This document shows positions 32,683 to 45,384 of a stretch of DNA of 64,000 nucleotides, one piece after another. The number at the start of each line of letters is the position of its first letter. Positions within the stretch are counted from its first letter, which is position 1. Source of the DNA: Mobula hypostoma (Eukaryota); contig NC_086101.1 of assembly GCF_963921235.1 (NCBI RefSeq), forward strand, positions 9,302,001-9,366,000, in the 5' to 3' direction. Made by a program: the position numbers and the translations under genes. The notes below the pieces were generated by a model. That model had not been told where the DNA came from. It worked only from the letters and a program-made list of their open reading frames with translations, and ran no database searches.

Positions 32683-35600
32683 GTGGTGGGTAAATTGTTG
32701 GAGAAGGTCCTGAGAGGCAGGAATTATGAGCAATTGGAGAGACATAATCCGATCAGGGATAGTCTGCCTGGTTTTGTCAAGGGCAGGTCATGCCTTACAA
32801 ACCTGATTGAATTCTTTGGGGATGTAACAAAACATGTTGATGAAGGTAGAGCAGGGGATGTAGTGTATATGGATTTCAGCAAGACATTTGATAAGGTTCC
32901 CCATGCAAGACTGATTCAGAAAGTAATGAGGCAAGGGATCCAAGGAGACCTTGCTTTCTGGATCCAGAATTGGCTGGACCACAGAAGGCAAAGGGTGGTT
33001 GTAGATGGTCTGTATTCTGTATGGAAGATGGTGACCAGTGGTGTTCCACTAGGATCTGTTCTAGGACCCCTCCTCTTTGTGATTTTTATAAATGACCTGG
33101 ATGAGGAAGCAGAAAGATGGGTGAGTAAATTTGCTAATGACACAAAAGTTGGGGGTCTTCTGGATAGTCTGAAGGGTTGTCAGAGGTTACAGTGAGATAT
33201 CGATAGGATGCAGAACTGGGCTGAGAAGTGGCAGATGGACTTCAATTGAGATAAGTGTGAGGTGGTTCATTTTGGTAGGTCAAGATTGAAGACAGAATGT
33301 AATATTAATGGTAAGAACCTTGACAGTGTGGAAGATCAGTGAGATCTTGTCTAGAGGACACACAAAGCTGCTGCGCAGCTTGATAGTATGGTTAAGAAGG
33401 CGTATGGTGTGTTGGCCTTCATAGTCATAGTCATACTTTATTGATCCCGGGGGAAATTGGTTTTCATTACAGTTGCACCATAAATAATAAATAGTAATAA
33501 AACCATAAATAGTTAAATAGCAATATGTAAATTATGCCAGGAAATAAGTCCAGGACCAACTTATTGGCTCAGGGTGTCTGACCCTCCAAGGGAGGAGTTG
33601 TAAAGTTTGATGGCCACAGGCAGGAATGACTTCCTATGACACTCTGTGTTGCATCTCGGTGGAATGAGTCTCTAGCTGAATGTACTCCTGTGCCCAACCA
33701 GTACATTATGTAGTGGATGGGAGACATTGTCCAAGATGGCATGCAACTTGGACAGCATCCTCTTTTCAGACACCACCGTCAGAGAGTCCAGTTCCATCCC
33801 CACAACATCACTGGCCTTACGAATGAGTTTGTTGATTCTGTTGGTGTCTGCCACCCTCAGCCTGCTGCCCCAGCACACAACAGCAAACATGATAGCACTG
33901 GCCACCACAGACTCATAGAACATCCTCAGCATCATCCGGCAGATGTTAAAGGACCTCAGTCTCCTCAGGAAAGTGACGGTTCTGGCCCTTCTTGTAGACA
34001 GCCTCAGTGTTCTTTGACCAGGCCAGTTTATTGTCAATTAGTATACCCAGGTATTTGTAATCCTCCACCATGTCCACATTGACCCCCTGGATGGAAACAG
34101 GGGTGACTGGTACCTTAGCTCTTCTCCGGTCTACCACCAGCTCCTTAGTCTTTTTCACATTAGGCTGCAGATCATTCTGCTCACACCATGTGACAAAGTT
34201 TCCTACCGTAGCCCTGTACTCAGCCTCATCTCCCTTGCTGATGCATCCAACTATGGCAGAGTCATCAGAAAACTTCTGAAGATGACAAGACTCTGTGCAG
34301 TAGTTGAAGTCCGAGGTGTAAATGGTGAAGAGAAAGGGACACAAGACAGTCCCCTGTGGAGCCCCAGTGCTGCTGATCACTCTGTCGGACACACAGTGTT
34401 GCAAGCACACGTACTGTGGTCTGCCAGTCAAGTAATTAAGAATCCATGACACCAGGAAAGCATCCACCTGCATCGCTGTCAGCTTCTCCCCCAGCAGAGC
34501 AGGGCGGATGGTGTTGAACACACAGGAGAAGTCAAAAAACATGACCCTCACAGTGTCCAGGTGGGTGTAGACACGGTTCAGCAGGTAGACGATGGCATCC
34601 TCAACTCCTAGTCCGGGCTGGTAGGCGAACTGGAGGGGATCTAAGTGTGCCCTAACCATAGGCCGGAGCAGCTCCAGAACAAGTCTCTCCAGGGTCTTCA
34701 TGATGTGGGAGGTCAATGCCACCGGTCTGTAGTCATTGAGGCTGCTGGGGCGCGGCGTCTTCGGCACAGGGACGAGGCGGGACGTCTTCCACAGCACAGG
34801 AAGCCTCCGGAGTCTCAGGCTCAGGTTGAAGACATGGCGAAGTACTCCACATAGCTGAGGGGCACAGGCTTTGAGCACCCCGGTACTGACACCATCCGGT
34901 CCTGCAGTCTTGCTTGAGTTGAGACCTTTCAGCTGACTTCTCACCTGTTCAGCTGTGAAGCCCACCGTGGTGGTTTCGTGTGGGGAAGGGGTATAGTCAT
35001 GAGAGCAGGGTTGGGGACTGTGAGGAGGGGTAGGAGGGGAGAGTGGAATATGTGTTGGTTGGGGGCTGACAACAGATGACTCATGGGTGATGGGCAGGGG
35101 CCATAATGTCAAATCTGTTAAAGAACAGGTTAAGTTTGTTGGCCCTGTCCACACTGCCTTCAGCTCCTCTGTTCCTAGTTTGCCGAAACCCGGTGATGGT
35201 CCTCGTCCCCATCCAGACCTCTCTCATGTTGTTCTGCTGGAGTTTCCACTCAGGCTTCCTCCTGTACCTGTCTTTAGCCTCCCTGATCCTGGCTTCCAGG
35301 TCCCTCTGTATTGCCCTCAGCTCCTCCCTATTTCCATCTCTAAACACCTTCTTTTTAGCATTCAGGATGTCCTTAATGTCCTTTGTTACTCATGGCTTGT
35401 TATTTGAATAACAAAGGAATGTTCTTGTCAGAAGATTGCAGTCCACACAGAAGTTGATGTAATCAGTGATTCACTCTGTGAGCCCATCAACTGTGTGATT
35501 GAGTTCAAGAGCCATGAGGTAATGTTACACTTGGAGTCCTGTGTTCAGTTCTGATCACCTCATTACAGGAAGATTGTGGATACTATAGGGAGATTTACAA

Positions 35601-36060
35601 AGATGTTGCCTGGATTGGAGTGCATACCTTATGAGAAAAGTTGAGTAAACTTGGCCTTGAAGCGATGGAGGATGAGAGGTGACCTGATACAGGTGTATAA
35701 AATGATGAGAGGCATTGCTCGTGTGGATGGCCATAGGCTTTTTCCCAGGCCTGAAATGGCTAACACGAGGGGCCAGAGTTTTAAGTTGCTTGGAAGGAGG
35801 TACAAGGGGATGTCAGAGGTAAATTTTTCACACAAAGAGTGGTGGGTGCATTGAATGCAAAGAGAAGGTGGTAGAGTCAGATTGAATAAAGTGTTTTAAG
35901 AGACTCTTAGATATGTACATGGAGCTTAGAAATATACGGGGCTGTGTGGTTGGGAAACTCTAGGCAGCTTCTAGAGCAGGATACAGGTTGGCACAACATT
36001 GCGGGCCGAAGGGCCTGTAATGTGCTGTGGATTTTCTATGTTGTATTTCTATGTTCTATG
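32683..36060 (+). mobile_element. CR1 3' portion split by a Rex1 insertion
   Basis: ORF 32683..33195 (RT); TTGGCCTTCAT at 33422 resumes as CATCAAC...GAGTTCAAG at 35485; tail near 36060. Confidence 0.88.
33423..35484 (-). mobile_element. Rex1/Babar LINE, 5'-truncated
   Basis: ORF 33946..35154 with LDPLQFAY, GAPQGTVL and QKFSDD; (CATAGT)n tail. Confidence 0.92.
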
Positions 36061-36877
36061 CTGGAGGAACAGGTCAGACAGCATCTATGGAAATGACATT
36101 ACGTGCCGAGATCCTTCTTCAGAACTGGAAAGGAAATGGGAATAGAAAGGTCGGGGGTGGGGGGGATGGAAAGGAGGATAGCTGGAAAGTGATAGGGGAA
36201 ACCAGGTAGGTTGGAAAGATAAAGGGTTGGAGAAGAAGGAATCTGGTACAAGAGCAGAATGGCCCATAGGAGAAAGGGAAGGAGGGGATGCAGGGGGAGA
36301 TGATAGTCAGGTAGCTGAAGGTAAGAGGCCAGAGTGGGGGATAGAAGAAGAGGGGAGAGACAGGGAATTTTTTTTTTCTGGAAGGAGAAATCAATATTCA
36401 TGCCATCTGTTTGGAGGCTGCCCGGAAATACTATACGGTGTTTTTCCTTTGCGCTGAGGGTGGCTTCATTGTAGCACAAGAGAAGGTCATGGCCTGACGG
36501 GTCGGAATGGGAATGAGAATTGGAATTAAAATGTTTGGCCACCAGGAAGTTCCATCTTTGGCAGATGGAGTAGAGGTGCTTGATGAAGCAGAACCCCAAT
36601 TTACAACAGGTCTCACCAATGTAGAGGAGGCTGCAGTGGGAGCGGCAGATCAAATAAATGACCCCAGCAGATGAAGTGTTGTCTCACCTGGAAAGACAAT
36701 TTGGGTCCTTGAATGGAGGTGAGGGAGGAGGTGAATAGGTACTTTGGCTGCTTGCAGGGGTAAGTGTCAGGACTGTGATTAATGGGGAGGGTGAATGGAC
36801 AAGGGAGTCATGGAGGGAGTGATCCCTGCAGAAAGTAGAGAAGGGAGGAGGTAAAGATATGTTTGGTAGTAGGTTAC

Positions 36878-37811
36878 CATGACTGTGTAGCTGGGCATAG
36901 CTCAAATACCATCTATAAATTTGCTGATGATACAACTATTGTTGGCAGAATCTCAGATGGAGATGAGAGGGCATACAGGAGCGAGATATGCCAACTAGTG
37001 GAGTAGTGTCACAGCAACAACCTTGTACTCAATGTCAGTAAGATGAAAGAGCTGATTGTGGACTTCAGGAAGGGTAACACGAAGGAACACATACCAATCC
37101 TCATATAGGAATCAGAAGTGGAGAGAGTGAGCAGTTTCAAGTTCCTGGGTGTCAAGATCTCTAACGACCTAACCTGGTCCCAACATATCGATGCAGTTAT
37201 AAAGAAGACAAGACAGCGATTATACTTCATTTGGAGTTTGAAGGGATTTGGTATATCAACAAAAACACTCAAAACCATCTATAGATGTACCATGGAGAGC
37301 ATTTTGACAGGCTACATCACTGTCTGGTATGGAGGGGCTACTGCACAGGAACGAAAGAAGCTGCAGAGGGTCATAAATTTAGTTGTCTCCATCTTGGGTA
37401 CTAGTCTACAAAGTATCCAAGACATCTTCAAGGAGCAGTGTCTCTGAAAGGCAGTGTCCTATACTAAGGACCCCCAGCACCCAGGGTATGCCCTTTTCTC
37501 ACTGTTACCATCAGGCAGGAGGTACAGAAGCCTGAAGGCATACACTCAGCAATTCAGGAACAGCTTCTTCCCCTCTGCCATTCGATTCCTAAATGGACAT
37601 ATTGAACCCAAGAACACTACCTCATGTTTTTAATATATTTCTGTTTTTGCACAATTTTTAATCTATTCAATATACATATACTTTAATTGATTTACTTAAT
37701 ATATATATATAGTACTTCTATATTATGTATTGTATTGAACTGCTGCTGCTAAGTTAACAAATTTCACAACACATGCCGGTGATAATAAACCTGATTCTGA
37801 TTCTGGTTCTG
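36878..37811 (+). mobile_element. Rex1-like LINE 3' fragment
   Basis: KFADDTT; ORF 37118..37447 (FKFLGV...YRCTMESILT); AATAAA and (CTGATT)n tail. Confidence 0.88.
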
Positions 37812-38054
37812 AGATGGTGGAGGTTTTGGAGGATGATGTGTTGGATGCGGACACTTATGTGGTGGTAGGTTAGGACAAGAGGAACTCTATCACTGTTAAG
37901 GCAGAGGGAAGATGGAGTGAGCACAGATGTTCAGGAAATGGAGGAGATGCAGGTATGGACAGCATCAATAGTGGAGGAAAGGAAACCCTGTTCTTTGCAG
38001 AGGAGGATGTACCTGATGTTCTGGAAGGGGAAACTACATTCTGGGAACAGATGT

Positions 38055-38630
38055 AGATTATGAAGACACGTAGTCCCCTTTTATTGTCATTTAGTAATGC
38101 ATGCATTAAGAAGTGATACATTATTTCCTCCGGTGTGATATCACAAAACACAGGAAAAACCAAGACTGAAAAAACTGACAAAACCACATAATTATACATG
38201 TAGTTACAAACAGTGTAACAATACCATAACTTGATGAAGAAAGTCCCTGAGCACAATAAAGTTCAAAGTTTCTCAAATGTCCCACATCTCACGCAGACGG
38301 GAGAAGGAAGAAAAACTCTCCCTGCCATGCCGACCACAATCTGACTCTGAGTCATCCGAAAACTTCGAGCTCTGATCAGCTCTCCGACACCGAGCACTGA
38401 GCGCCATCTCTGCCAAACGATTTGACCTCCTTCTCAGTTGCCAAAAGCAGGCAAGGTGCGGATTTTAAGGCCTATGCTCTGAAAGATACTCAACCACACA
38501 GCAAGGACAACAGCGGATGGGCGTTTCAGAAATTTCTCCAGATGTTCCCCTGTGCTTTCAAGTCCATTCTCCATCAAATCAGAATTGTCCACAGCCCCTA
38601 TTTAACAGATACGACACAATTTTCCACCGG
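38055..38630 (-). mobile_element. non-coding retroposon inserted in the Penelope element
   Basis: Interrupts the host at AGAT/AGAT; minus-strand AATAAA followed by a short AATCT tail. Confidence 0.55.
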
Positions 38631-39583
38631 AGATACAGTGGAAATGAAGGAATTTAGAAAAGTTACAGGAGACAGGGTGGGAAGAGGCATAGTCAAGATA
38701 CCTGTGGGAATCAGTAGGTTTATAGAGTATGTCGGTTGACAGTATGTTTCCAGAGATGGAGGCAGAGAGATGGGCAAAGGGAAGGGGGGTGTTTGAAATG
38801 GACCAAGTGAATTCAAGTGCAGGGTGGAAGTTAGTGGCAAAGTTAATGAAATTGATAAACTCAGCATGGGTGAATGAACCAGCACCAATGCAGTCATTAA
38901 TGTTTCTGAGGAAGATTTGGGGAGCATTACTGGGGAAGGCCGAGAACATGGACTGTTCTATGTAGCCAACAAAGAGACAGGCATTGCTGGAGCTCATGCA
39001 GATACCCGTTGATAGCCTTCGAGTCTGGAGAATGTGGGAGGATCAGAAGGAAAATTGTTGAGTATGAGGACCAGTCCTTCCAGATGGAGGGGAACTGGTT
39101 TGTTCTTTTATTGAGAAAGAAATGTGGAGCTCTAAGGCCTTCTTGATGGGGCATAGAAGTTATAAATTGACATCCATGGTGAAGATGAGGTGGTCAGTGC
39201 ATGGGAATTGAAAATTGCTGAGGAGATTGAGGACGTGAGAAGTGTCGCGGATGTAGGTTGGAAGGGATTGACTTGAAGGGGTTAGAATGGAGTCAATGTA
39301 TGAGGACAGGAGTTCAGTGGGGCTGGAGCAAGCAGGGACATAGGCCAAATGACTATCTCGCTTTTCAGGAATTGTCCCTTTCATTTCTGCCTTACACTGA
39401 ACCAGGCTCCGCGCTCCGGATTCATTTATAATCGGACCTCTTTGATGTGTTTCTGATCCCACCCTGACGTGGAAATTGCCGCGAATCCTTCCCGGACAAC
39501 ACATGTAGCAGAATTATGTTCATTCCCGAGACTGCAGCGCGCATACTGGACAATCGCAGTACTGCAGGGGTTCAGCAACTCCC

Positions 39584-39613
39584 GAAAGTGAAAGGATCCT
39601 GAACCCGGAAGTG
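39584..39613 (+). promoter_or_regulatory. IRF/ISRE-like and ETS motifs just 5' of the TRIM start codon
   Basis: GAAAGTGAAAG (39584-39594) and CCGGAAGTG (39605-39613) in a CpG-containing region. Confidence 0.45.
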
Positions 39614-39624
39614 CCGGAATTAAC

Positions 39625-40035
39625 ATGGCTTCGAAAGGACAAGTCGAGAGCTGGACCGAGGAGGTAATTTGTCCCATCTGCCTGGATTTCTTCACCGAGC
39701 CGGTGTCACTGGAATGTGGTCACTACTTCTGCCGCTCCTGTATCACACGGTGTTGGGAAAGGGAGGAGAGAAACTTCTGTCCGGAATGTAGAGAGGAGAT
39801 TGCAGACCGCACCCTCAGGGTCAATCGGGTTTTAGCAAACCTGTCTGAGAAAGCTCGAAAACTAAACCTGAATCCGAAAGAGAAGGAAAGTAAACTTCAC
39901 TGCGAGGAACATGAAGAAGAACTGAAGCTGTTTTGCGAGACGGACAGGAAACTGATCTGTCTGATCTGTAGAGATGCACTGGAACACAGAGAGCACCGCT
40001 TCCTGCCGATTAAAGAAGCCGTTAAAATTTACAAG
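39625..40035 (+). CDS. TRIM (RBCC) E3 ligase, nuclear factor 7/A33/TRIM39-like; coding exon 1 (RING + B-box2)
   Basis: C3HC4 RING CPICLDFFTEPVSLECGHYFCRSC...CPEC; B-box CEEHEEELKLFC...C..C....H..H; AACATGG start context; donor AAG|GTAAAA. Confidence 0.95.
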
Positions 40036-40114
40036 GTAAAAATAACCCGCTTTCAATCGTCTGTTTATGTTGTGTCTTTTTTCCTGTCTAATCCATTCAC
40101 TCTTTAATTCCCAG

Positions 40115-40210
40115 GATCGGGTTAAATCTTCCTTGGACTCTCTCACAAAAAAGAAATCAGACTTTCAGGAAATGAAGCAGGAACAGAAAGGGAAGATTGC
40201 TGGAGTTCGG
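40115..40210 (+). CDS. TRIM coding exon 2 (96 bp, coiled coil)
   Basis: CCCAG|GAT...CGG|GTGAGG; DRVKSSLDSLTKKK...; 96-bp phase-0 exon typical of TRIM genes. Confidence 0.93.
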
Positions 40211-40269
40211 GTGAGGCTTCCTGAGCAGAATTTCCAATATCGTTGTGTAGTTTTGTTCCCTTTAATGTA

Positions 40270-40420
40270 GAATAGCAGAGTATCGCAGCTTCAGTGCCTG
40301 GGGTTCGATCCTAACCTCTGGTGCTGTCTGCGTGGAGTTTGCACGTTCTCTGGATGATCACGAGGGGCCGACATTGCCAAGAAATCCTGATTGAATGATT
40401 AATTGTCTACTGTAATTAAC
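40270..40420 (+). mobile_element. V-SINE (HE1-like) remnant
   Basis: B-box GGTTCGATCC followed by V-domain-like GTGGAGTTTGCACGTTCTC. Confidence 0.65.
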
Positions 40421-40519
40421 CCCTTGAGGGGCTTTGTATGTGAATCAGGTGGGAGTTAATGGGTCAGTGAGGAAGACTGGGTTTCAGGGAAATGTGATCG
40501 AAGATCTGAGAGCCACTGA

Positions 40520-40927
40520 CTTACTGCCTGTTATGCCACCGGCGTTTAGGACAGTCCTCCATCTCTAGCAGTGTTCATGTCTTCATTGAACATGTCAGTC
40601 GCTACTTCTTGGTTTTCACTACTGTCAGTCATGCAAGTCCTGAGTGGAGATTCAGGAATAACATGGCACTCAGATGTAGAATGACTCTTCATTGCTGTTT
40701 CCATAACAATTTTGTTTTACCAGTCAGTATTGTTAGCCCTGAGCTGAACCCATTAACCTGGAGGACTAGTAGACCACTCTTACTCTGGCCTCTACCCTTT
40801 GACTTGTTTGGCATGGGTGACCCTACCAAGAGTCAAAGCATAAAGCCCTGACTCCAGCCAATATAGTGCTTTGGGTCAGTGAGGCACACAAGCCTCCAAA
40901 CCCAACGGCAAGGTTGTGGTCCTCTTG
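40520..40927 (-). mobile_element. RTE-derived non-autonomous element
   Basis: Minus strand carries RTE 5' UTR-like GGTAGGGTCACCCATGCCAAACAAG and an RTE-like 3' end. Confidence 0.5.
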
Positions 40928-41014
40928 TATGATAATGGGCTGGATAGACCTTCCATATCATAAGGAAATACATCAGGGCCAAATAATAAACTATCCTCTC
41001 CTTTCATTTGACAG

Positions 41015-41248
41015 GAACAGTCACAAAGCGTTCAGTCCCACATCACATCCCAGTTTGCTGAACTGCGCTGGATTATCACCGAGAAAGAGCAGCGTGCGCT
41101 CCGTGATCTCAGGGAAGAAGAGGAGAGGATCCTAAATCCAATGGAGAAAAATCTTCAAGTAATTCAAGAGAATTTAAATTCCATCCAGGAGGAAATCTCA
41201 AGGTTACAGGAACAGATGGATCAACAAGACAATATCATATTCCTCATG
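41015..41248 (+). CDS. TRIM coding exon 3 (234 bp, coiled coil)
   Basis: TTGACAG|GAA...ATG|GTGAGA; EQSQSVQSHITSQFAELRWII...IIFLM, open frame. Confidence 0.93.
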
Positions 41249-41304
41249 GTGAGAGATTTCAGTTTGTTTCTGTAAAAGTGCAGAGTCACAAAATGATCTA
41301 TTTT

Positions 41305-44032
41305 AACCATATAACCATATAACAATTACAGCACGGAAACAGGCCATCACGGCCCCTAGAGTCCATGCCGAACGCTTACTCTCACCTAGTCCCATCTACC
41401 TGCACTCAGCCCATAACCCTCCATTCCTTTCCTGTCCATATACCTATCCAATTTTTTTTTTAATGACAAAATCGAACCTGCCTCTACCACTTCTACTGGA
41501 AGCTCATTCCACACAGCTACCACTCTCTGAATAAAGAAGTTTTCCCTTGTGTTACCCCTAAACTTTTGCCCCTTAACTCTCAACTCATGTCCTCTTGTTT
41601 GAATCTCCCCCACTCTCAATGGAAAAAGCCTATCCACATCAACTCTATCTATCCCTCTCATAATTTAAAATACCTCTATGAAGTCCCCCCTCAACCTTCT
41701 ACGCTCCAAAGAATAAAGACCTAACCTGTTCAACCTTTCTCTGTATCTTTGGTGCTGAAACCCAGGTAACATTCCAGTAAATCTCCTCTGTACACTCTCT
41801 ATTTTGAGGATATCTACAATTCGGTGACCAGAACTGTACACAGTACTCCAAATTTGGCCTCACCAATGCCTTGTACAATTTTAACATTACATCCCAACTC
41901 CTATACTCAGTGTTCTGATTGATAAAGGCCAGCATACCAAAAGCTTTCTTCACCACCCTATCCACATGAGATTCCACCTTCAAGGAACTATGCACCATTA
42001 TTCCTATATCCCTCTGTCCTACTGCATTCCTCAATGCCCTACCATTTACCATGTATGTCCTATTTTGATTAGTCATAGCAAAATGTAGCACCTCACACTT
42101 ATTAGCATTAATCTCACTCTGCTACCTTTCAGCCCACTCTTCTAACTGGCCCAAGTCTCTCTGCAAGCTTTGAAAACCTACTTCATTATCCACAATGACA
42201 CCTATCTTAGTATCATCTGCATATTTACTAATCCAATTTACCACCACATCATCCAGATCATTAATGTATATGACAAACAACACCGGACCCAGTACAGATC
42301 CCTGAGGCACACCACTAGTCACCGGCCTCCAATCTGGATAGATTGATTATGTAGGTAGATAAATAGATAGATATACTTTATTGATCCCGAGGGAAATTGG
42401 GTTTCATTACAGCTGCACCAACCAAGAATATAGCATAAATATAGCAATACAAAAACCACAAACAATCAAACAACAAAATGCAAACTATGCCAGATGGAGA
42501 TAAGTCCAGGACCAGCCTATTGGCTCAGGGTGTCTGACCCTCCACAGGAGGAGCTACAAAGTTCGATGGCCACAGGCAATCTCCACAATCTGACAAACAG
42601 TTATCTACCACTACTCTCCGGCATCTCCCATCCAGCCACTGTTGAACCGTTGGCAACACTGTCGGCAACCGGGAGATCCTGTCTGTTGTGGCGGACGAAG
42701 CGGAGGTGCTCGACGAAGCGGTCCCCCAATCTGCGTCGGGTCCGCCACAACAGACAGGATCTCCCGGTTGCCACCCACTTCAACTCTGCTTCCCACTCCC
42801 ATTCGGATATGTCCATACATGGCCTCCTCTACTGCCATGATGAGGCTAAACTCAGGTTGGAGGAGCAACACCTCATATACCGTCTAGGTAGTCTCCAGCC
42901 CCTTGGTATGAACATAGAATTCTCCAAATTTTGGTAATTCCCTCCCCCTCCCTTCCCCTATCCCTATTCCACTCTGCCCCCTCCTCCAGCTGCCTATCAC
43001 CTCCCTCATGGTTCTGCCTCCTTCTACTACCCGTTGTGTTTTCCCCTATAACTTCTTTACCTTTCCTGCCTATCACCTCCCTGCCTCCTCTCCCCCACCC
43101 CTTTATCTTTCCCCTTACTGGTTTTTCACCTGGAACCTACCAGCATTCTCCATCCCACCCTCCCCCCACCTTCCTTATAGGGCCTCTGCCCTTTCCCTCT
43201 TCAGTCCTGACAAAGGGTTCCAGCCCAAATGTTGACTGATTGTTTCCATTGATGCTGCCCAACCTGCTGAGTTCCTCCAGCATGTTGTGAATGTTGCTTT
43301 GACCCCAGCATTTGCAGAGTATTTCGTGTTTTCAATATTCATCTCTTTAGTGAAGACTGAAGGAAAGAAATTGTTCAAAATCTCCCCATCTCTTTTAGCT
43401 CCGCATATAGCTGTCCACTCTGTTTCTCTAAGGAACCAATTTTATCCCTCACTATCCTATTGCTATTAATATAACTGTAGAAACCCTTTGGATTTATTTT
43501 CACTTTACTTGCCAAAGCAACCTCATATTTTCTTTTAGCTTTTCTAATCTCTTTCTTAAGATTCTTTTTACATTCTTTATATTCCTCGAGTACCTCATTT
43601 ACTCCATTCTTCCTATATTTATTGTAGATCTCTCTCTTTTTCCGAACCAAGTTTCCAATATCCCTTGAAATCATGGCTCTCTCAAACTTTTAACCTTTCC
43701 TTTCAACCTAACAGGAACATAAAGATTCTGTACCCTCAAAATTTCACCTTTAAATGACCTCCAATTCTCTATTACATCCTTCCTATAAAACAAATTGTCC
43801 TAATCCACTCCTCCTAAATCCTTTCACATCTCCTTAAAAGTAGTCTTCCTCCAATCAAAAATCTCAACCCTGGGTCCAGTCCTATCCTTCTCCATAATTA
43901 TATTGAAACTAATGGTATTGTGATCACTGGACCCGAAATGCCCCCCAACACATACCTCCATCACCTGACCTTTCTCATTCCCTAACAGAAGATTCAACAC
44001 TGCCCCTTCTCTCATTGGTACCTCTATGTATT
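41305..44032 (-). mobile_element. intronic CR1 carrying a nested Rex1 tail (about 42345-42580) and a Penelope remnant (about 42664-43330, +)
   Basis: ORFs 43824, 43375, 42122, 41699 and 41386 (CR1); LEEQHLIYRLGSLQPLGMNIEFS (Penelope). Confidence 0.88.
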
Positions 44033-45053
44033 TTAACTCAGTGTGGCATTTACAAATACTGTAGTTCTAAACTGATTTGAACCAGACAGATGTTCTGACT
44101 GTTCAGGATTGTTCTTGTCCCCAAACTGGCCTCCCACAAATTCTGTACATCACAGGACAGTCTGCAACCTTCTCGGGAGTGTTCACTCTGATCAGAACAC
44201 TGAGCCAGTGATCATTTCTGTGATTCCCCACGTATAATATCCCGAGACACAGAGTAACAACCCACTACAGTCACAGACTGTGAGTGTGTCTGGTGCAGTG
44301 GGTGTGAGGGTCTCTCTGTTGATCAGTGGGAACTGAGGTTGAATTCCAGAATGTGACCTACACATCAGATTTACAATCTATATCTGGTTTGTATCAGGTT
44401 TGGTGTTTAGGAGAATTTTGCACTGTCTTTTTGTTTCTCAGAAATAGTCTTCATCGGAATATATCCCATTTTCCATCATAGACAGGCCTTTCAGTCCATT
44501 CTCTCCTATCAGTTTCCCTGCTTCACAAGCCTCCTCCCACCTACTCACCACACCCAGTAACAGTGCCCCCAACTCCATGGTCCGTCATGTGTTTATGCAG
44601 CATCCCCATTACATTCACTCTCTGCTGTTCCACTTCAACCACTCCTGTGGCAGTGAGTCCACGTTCTCTTCACTACATTTCTTGTGGAATTTATTAACAA
44701 CCAACTGATGTTTTATCTTTGACTTATGGTCCCCATACAAGCAGAAATATTTTCTATCAAATCCATTCGGAATCTTAAATTCCTCCATCTGATCCTCCCT
44801 GACATTATACCCAGCTAAAAATAGACAACCTGTCCAGTCTCTCCTGTAAGTTCCACCCTCTCAGTTACGGTATAAATTTCATACATATTCCTTGGACTTT
44901 CTCCTGTGGTTCAGTCTCCCTCTTTCTCCGTGTGTGTCAGTGGGAGTAAATGGGAATTTTCAACAGTTTTTAATAAACTTAGCTCAGATTTCTGCTGTCG
45001 GGATGCCGACGGTCAGTCTCAGTCAATTGAAATCTGTGTTTTGTTTATTTCAG

Positions 45054-45076
45054 GAGGAACCTCGTCGGAAGAGGAG
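45054..45076 (+). CDS. TRIM coding exon 4 (23 bp)
   Basis: TTTATTTCAG|GAGGAACCTCGTCGGAAGAGGAG|GTAGG; 23-bp exon typical of TRIM-B30.2 genes. Confidence 0.9.
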
Positions 45077-45172
45077 GTAGGACATGGTCTTTACTGAAAC
45101 TCTGGATGGATTTGTAAAATAGTTCAAATATCACTGATGCTCAGTTTATAACTACATGTATAATATTTACAG

Positions 45173-45291
45173 GACTAGTGAGGATGCCCAGAAATTGTCA
45201 GTGACAGATGGTGCCCTACTGGTTGAAAAATTCGATCACCCCTATTTGCTTGACATAGCGTCGGAAGAAGTGATTGACTGCATTAAAAAAG
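45173..45291 (+). CDS. TRIM coding exon 5 (119 bp, linker 2)
   Basis: TTTACAG|GACT...AAAG|GTAAAA; TSEDAQKLSVTDGALLVEKFDHPY..., in frame with exon 4. Confidence 0.88.
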
Positions 45292-45384
45292 GTAAAACAT
45301 AAGATTCATTTGTCCTTGTTTATGAGACACAACTAAGTTATAATTAGACACAAAATATGGCTGTAATTATAGGCTGAAGGGAAA

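Larger units (their letters stand above)
36060..39345 (-). mobile_element. Penelope-like element split by two later insertions
   Basis: GIY-YIG (CSLLYIGET, ORF 36099..36653) and RT (FLRNINDCIG, YKPTDSHRYLDY, ORF 38602..38997). Confidence 0.85.
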
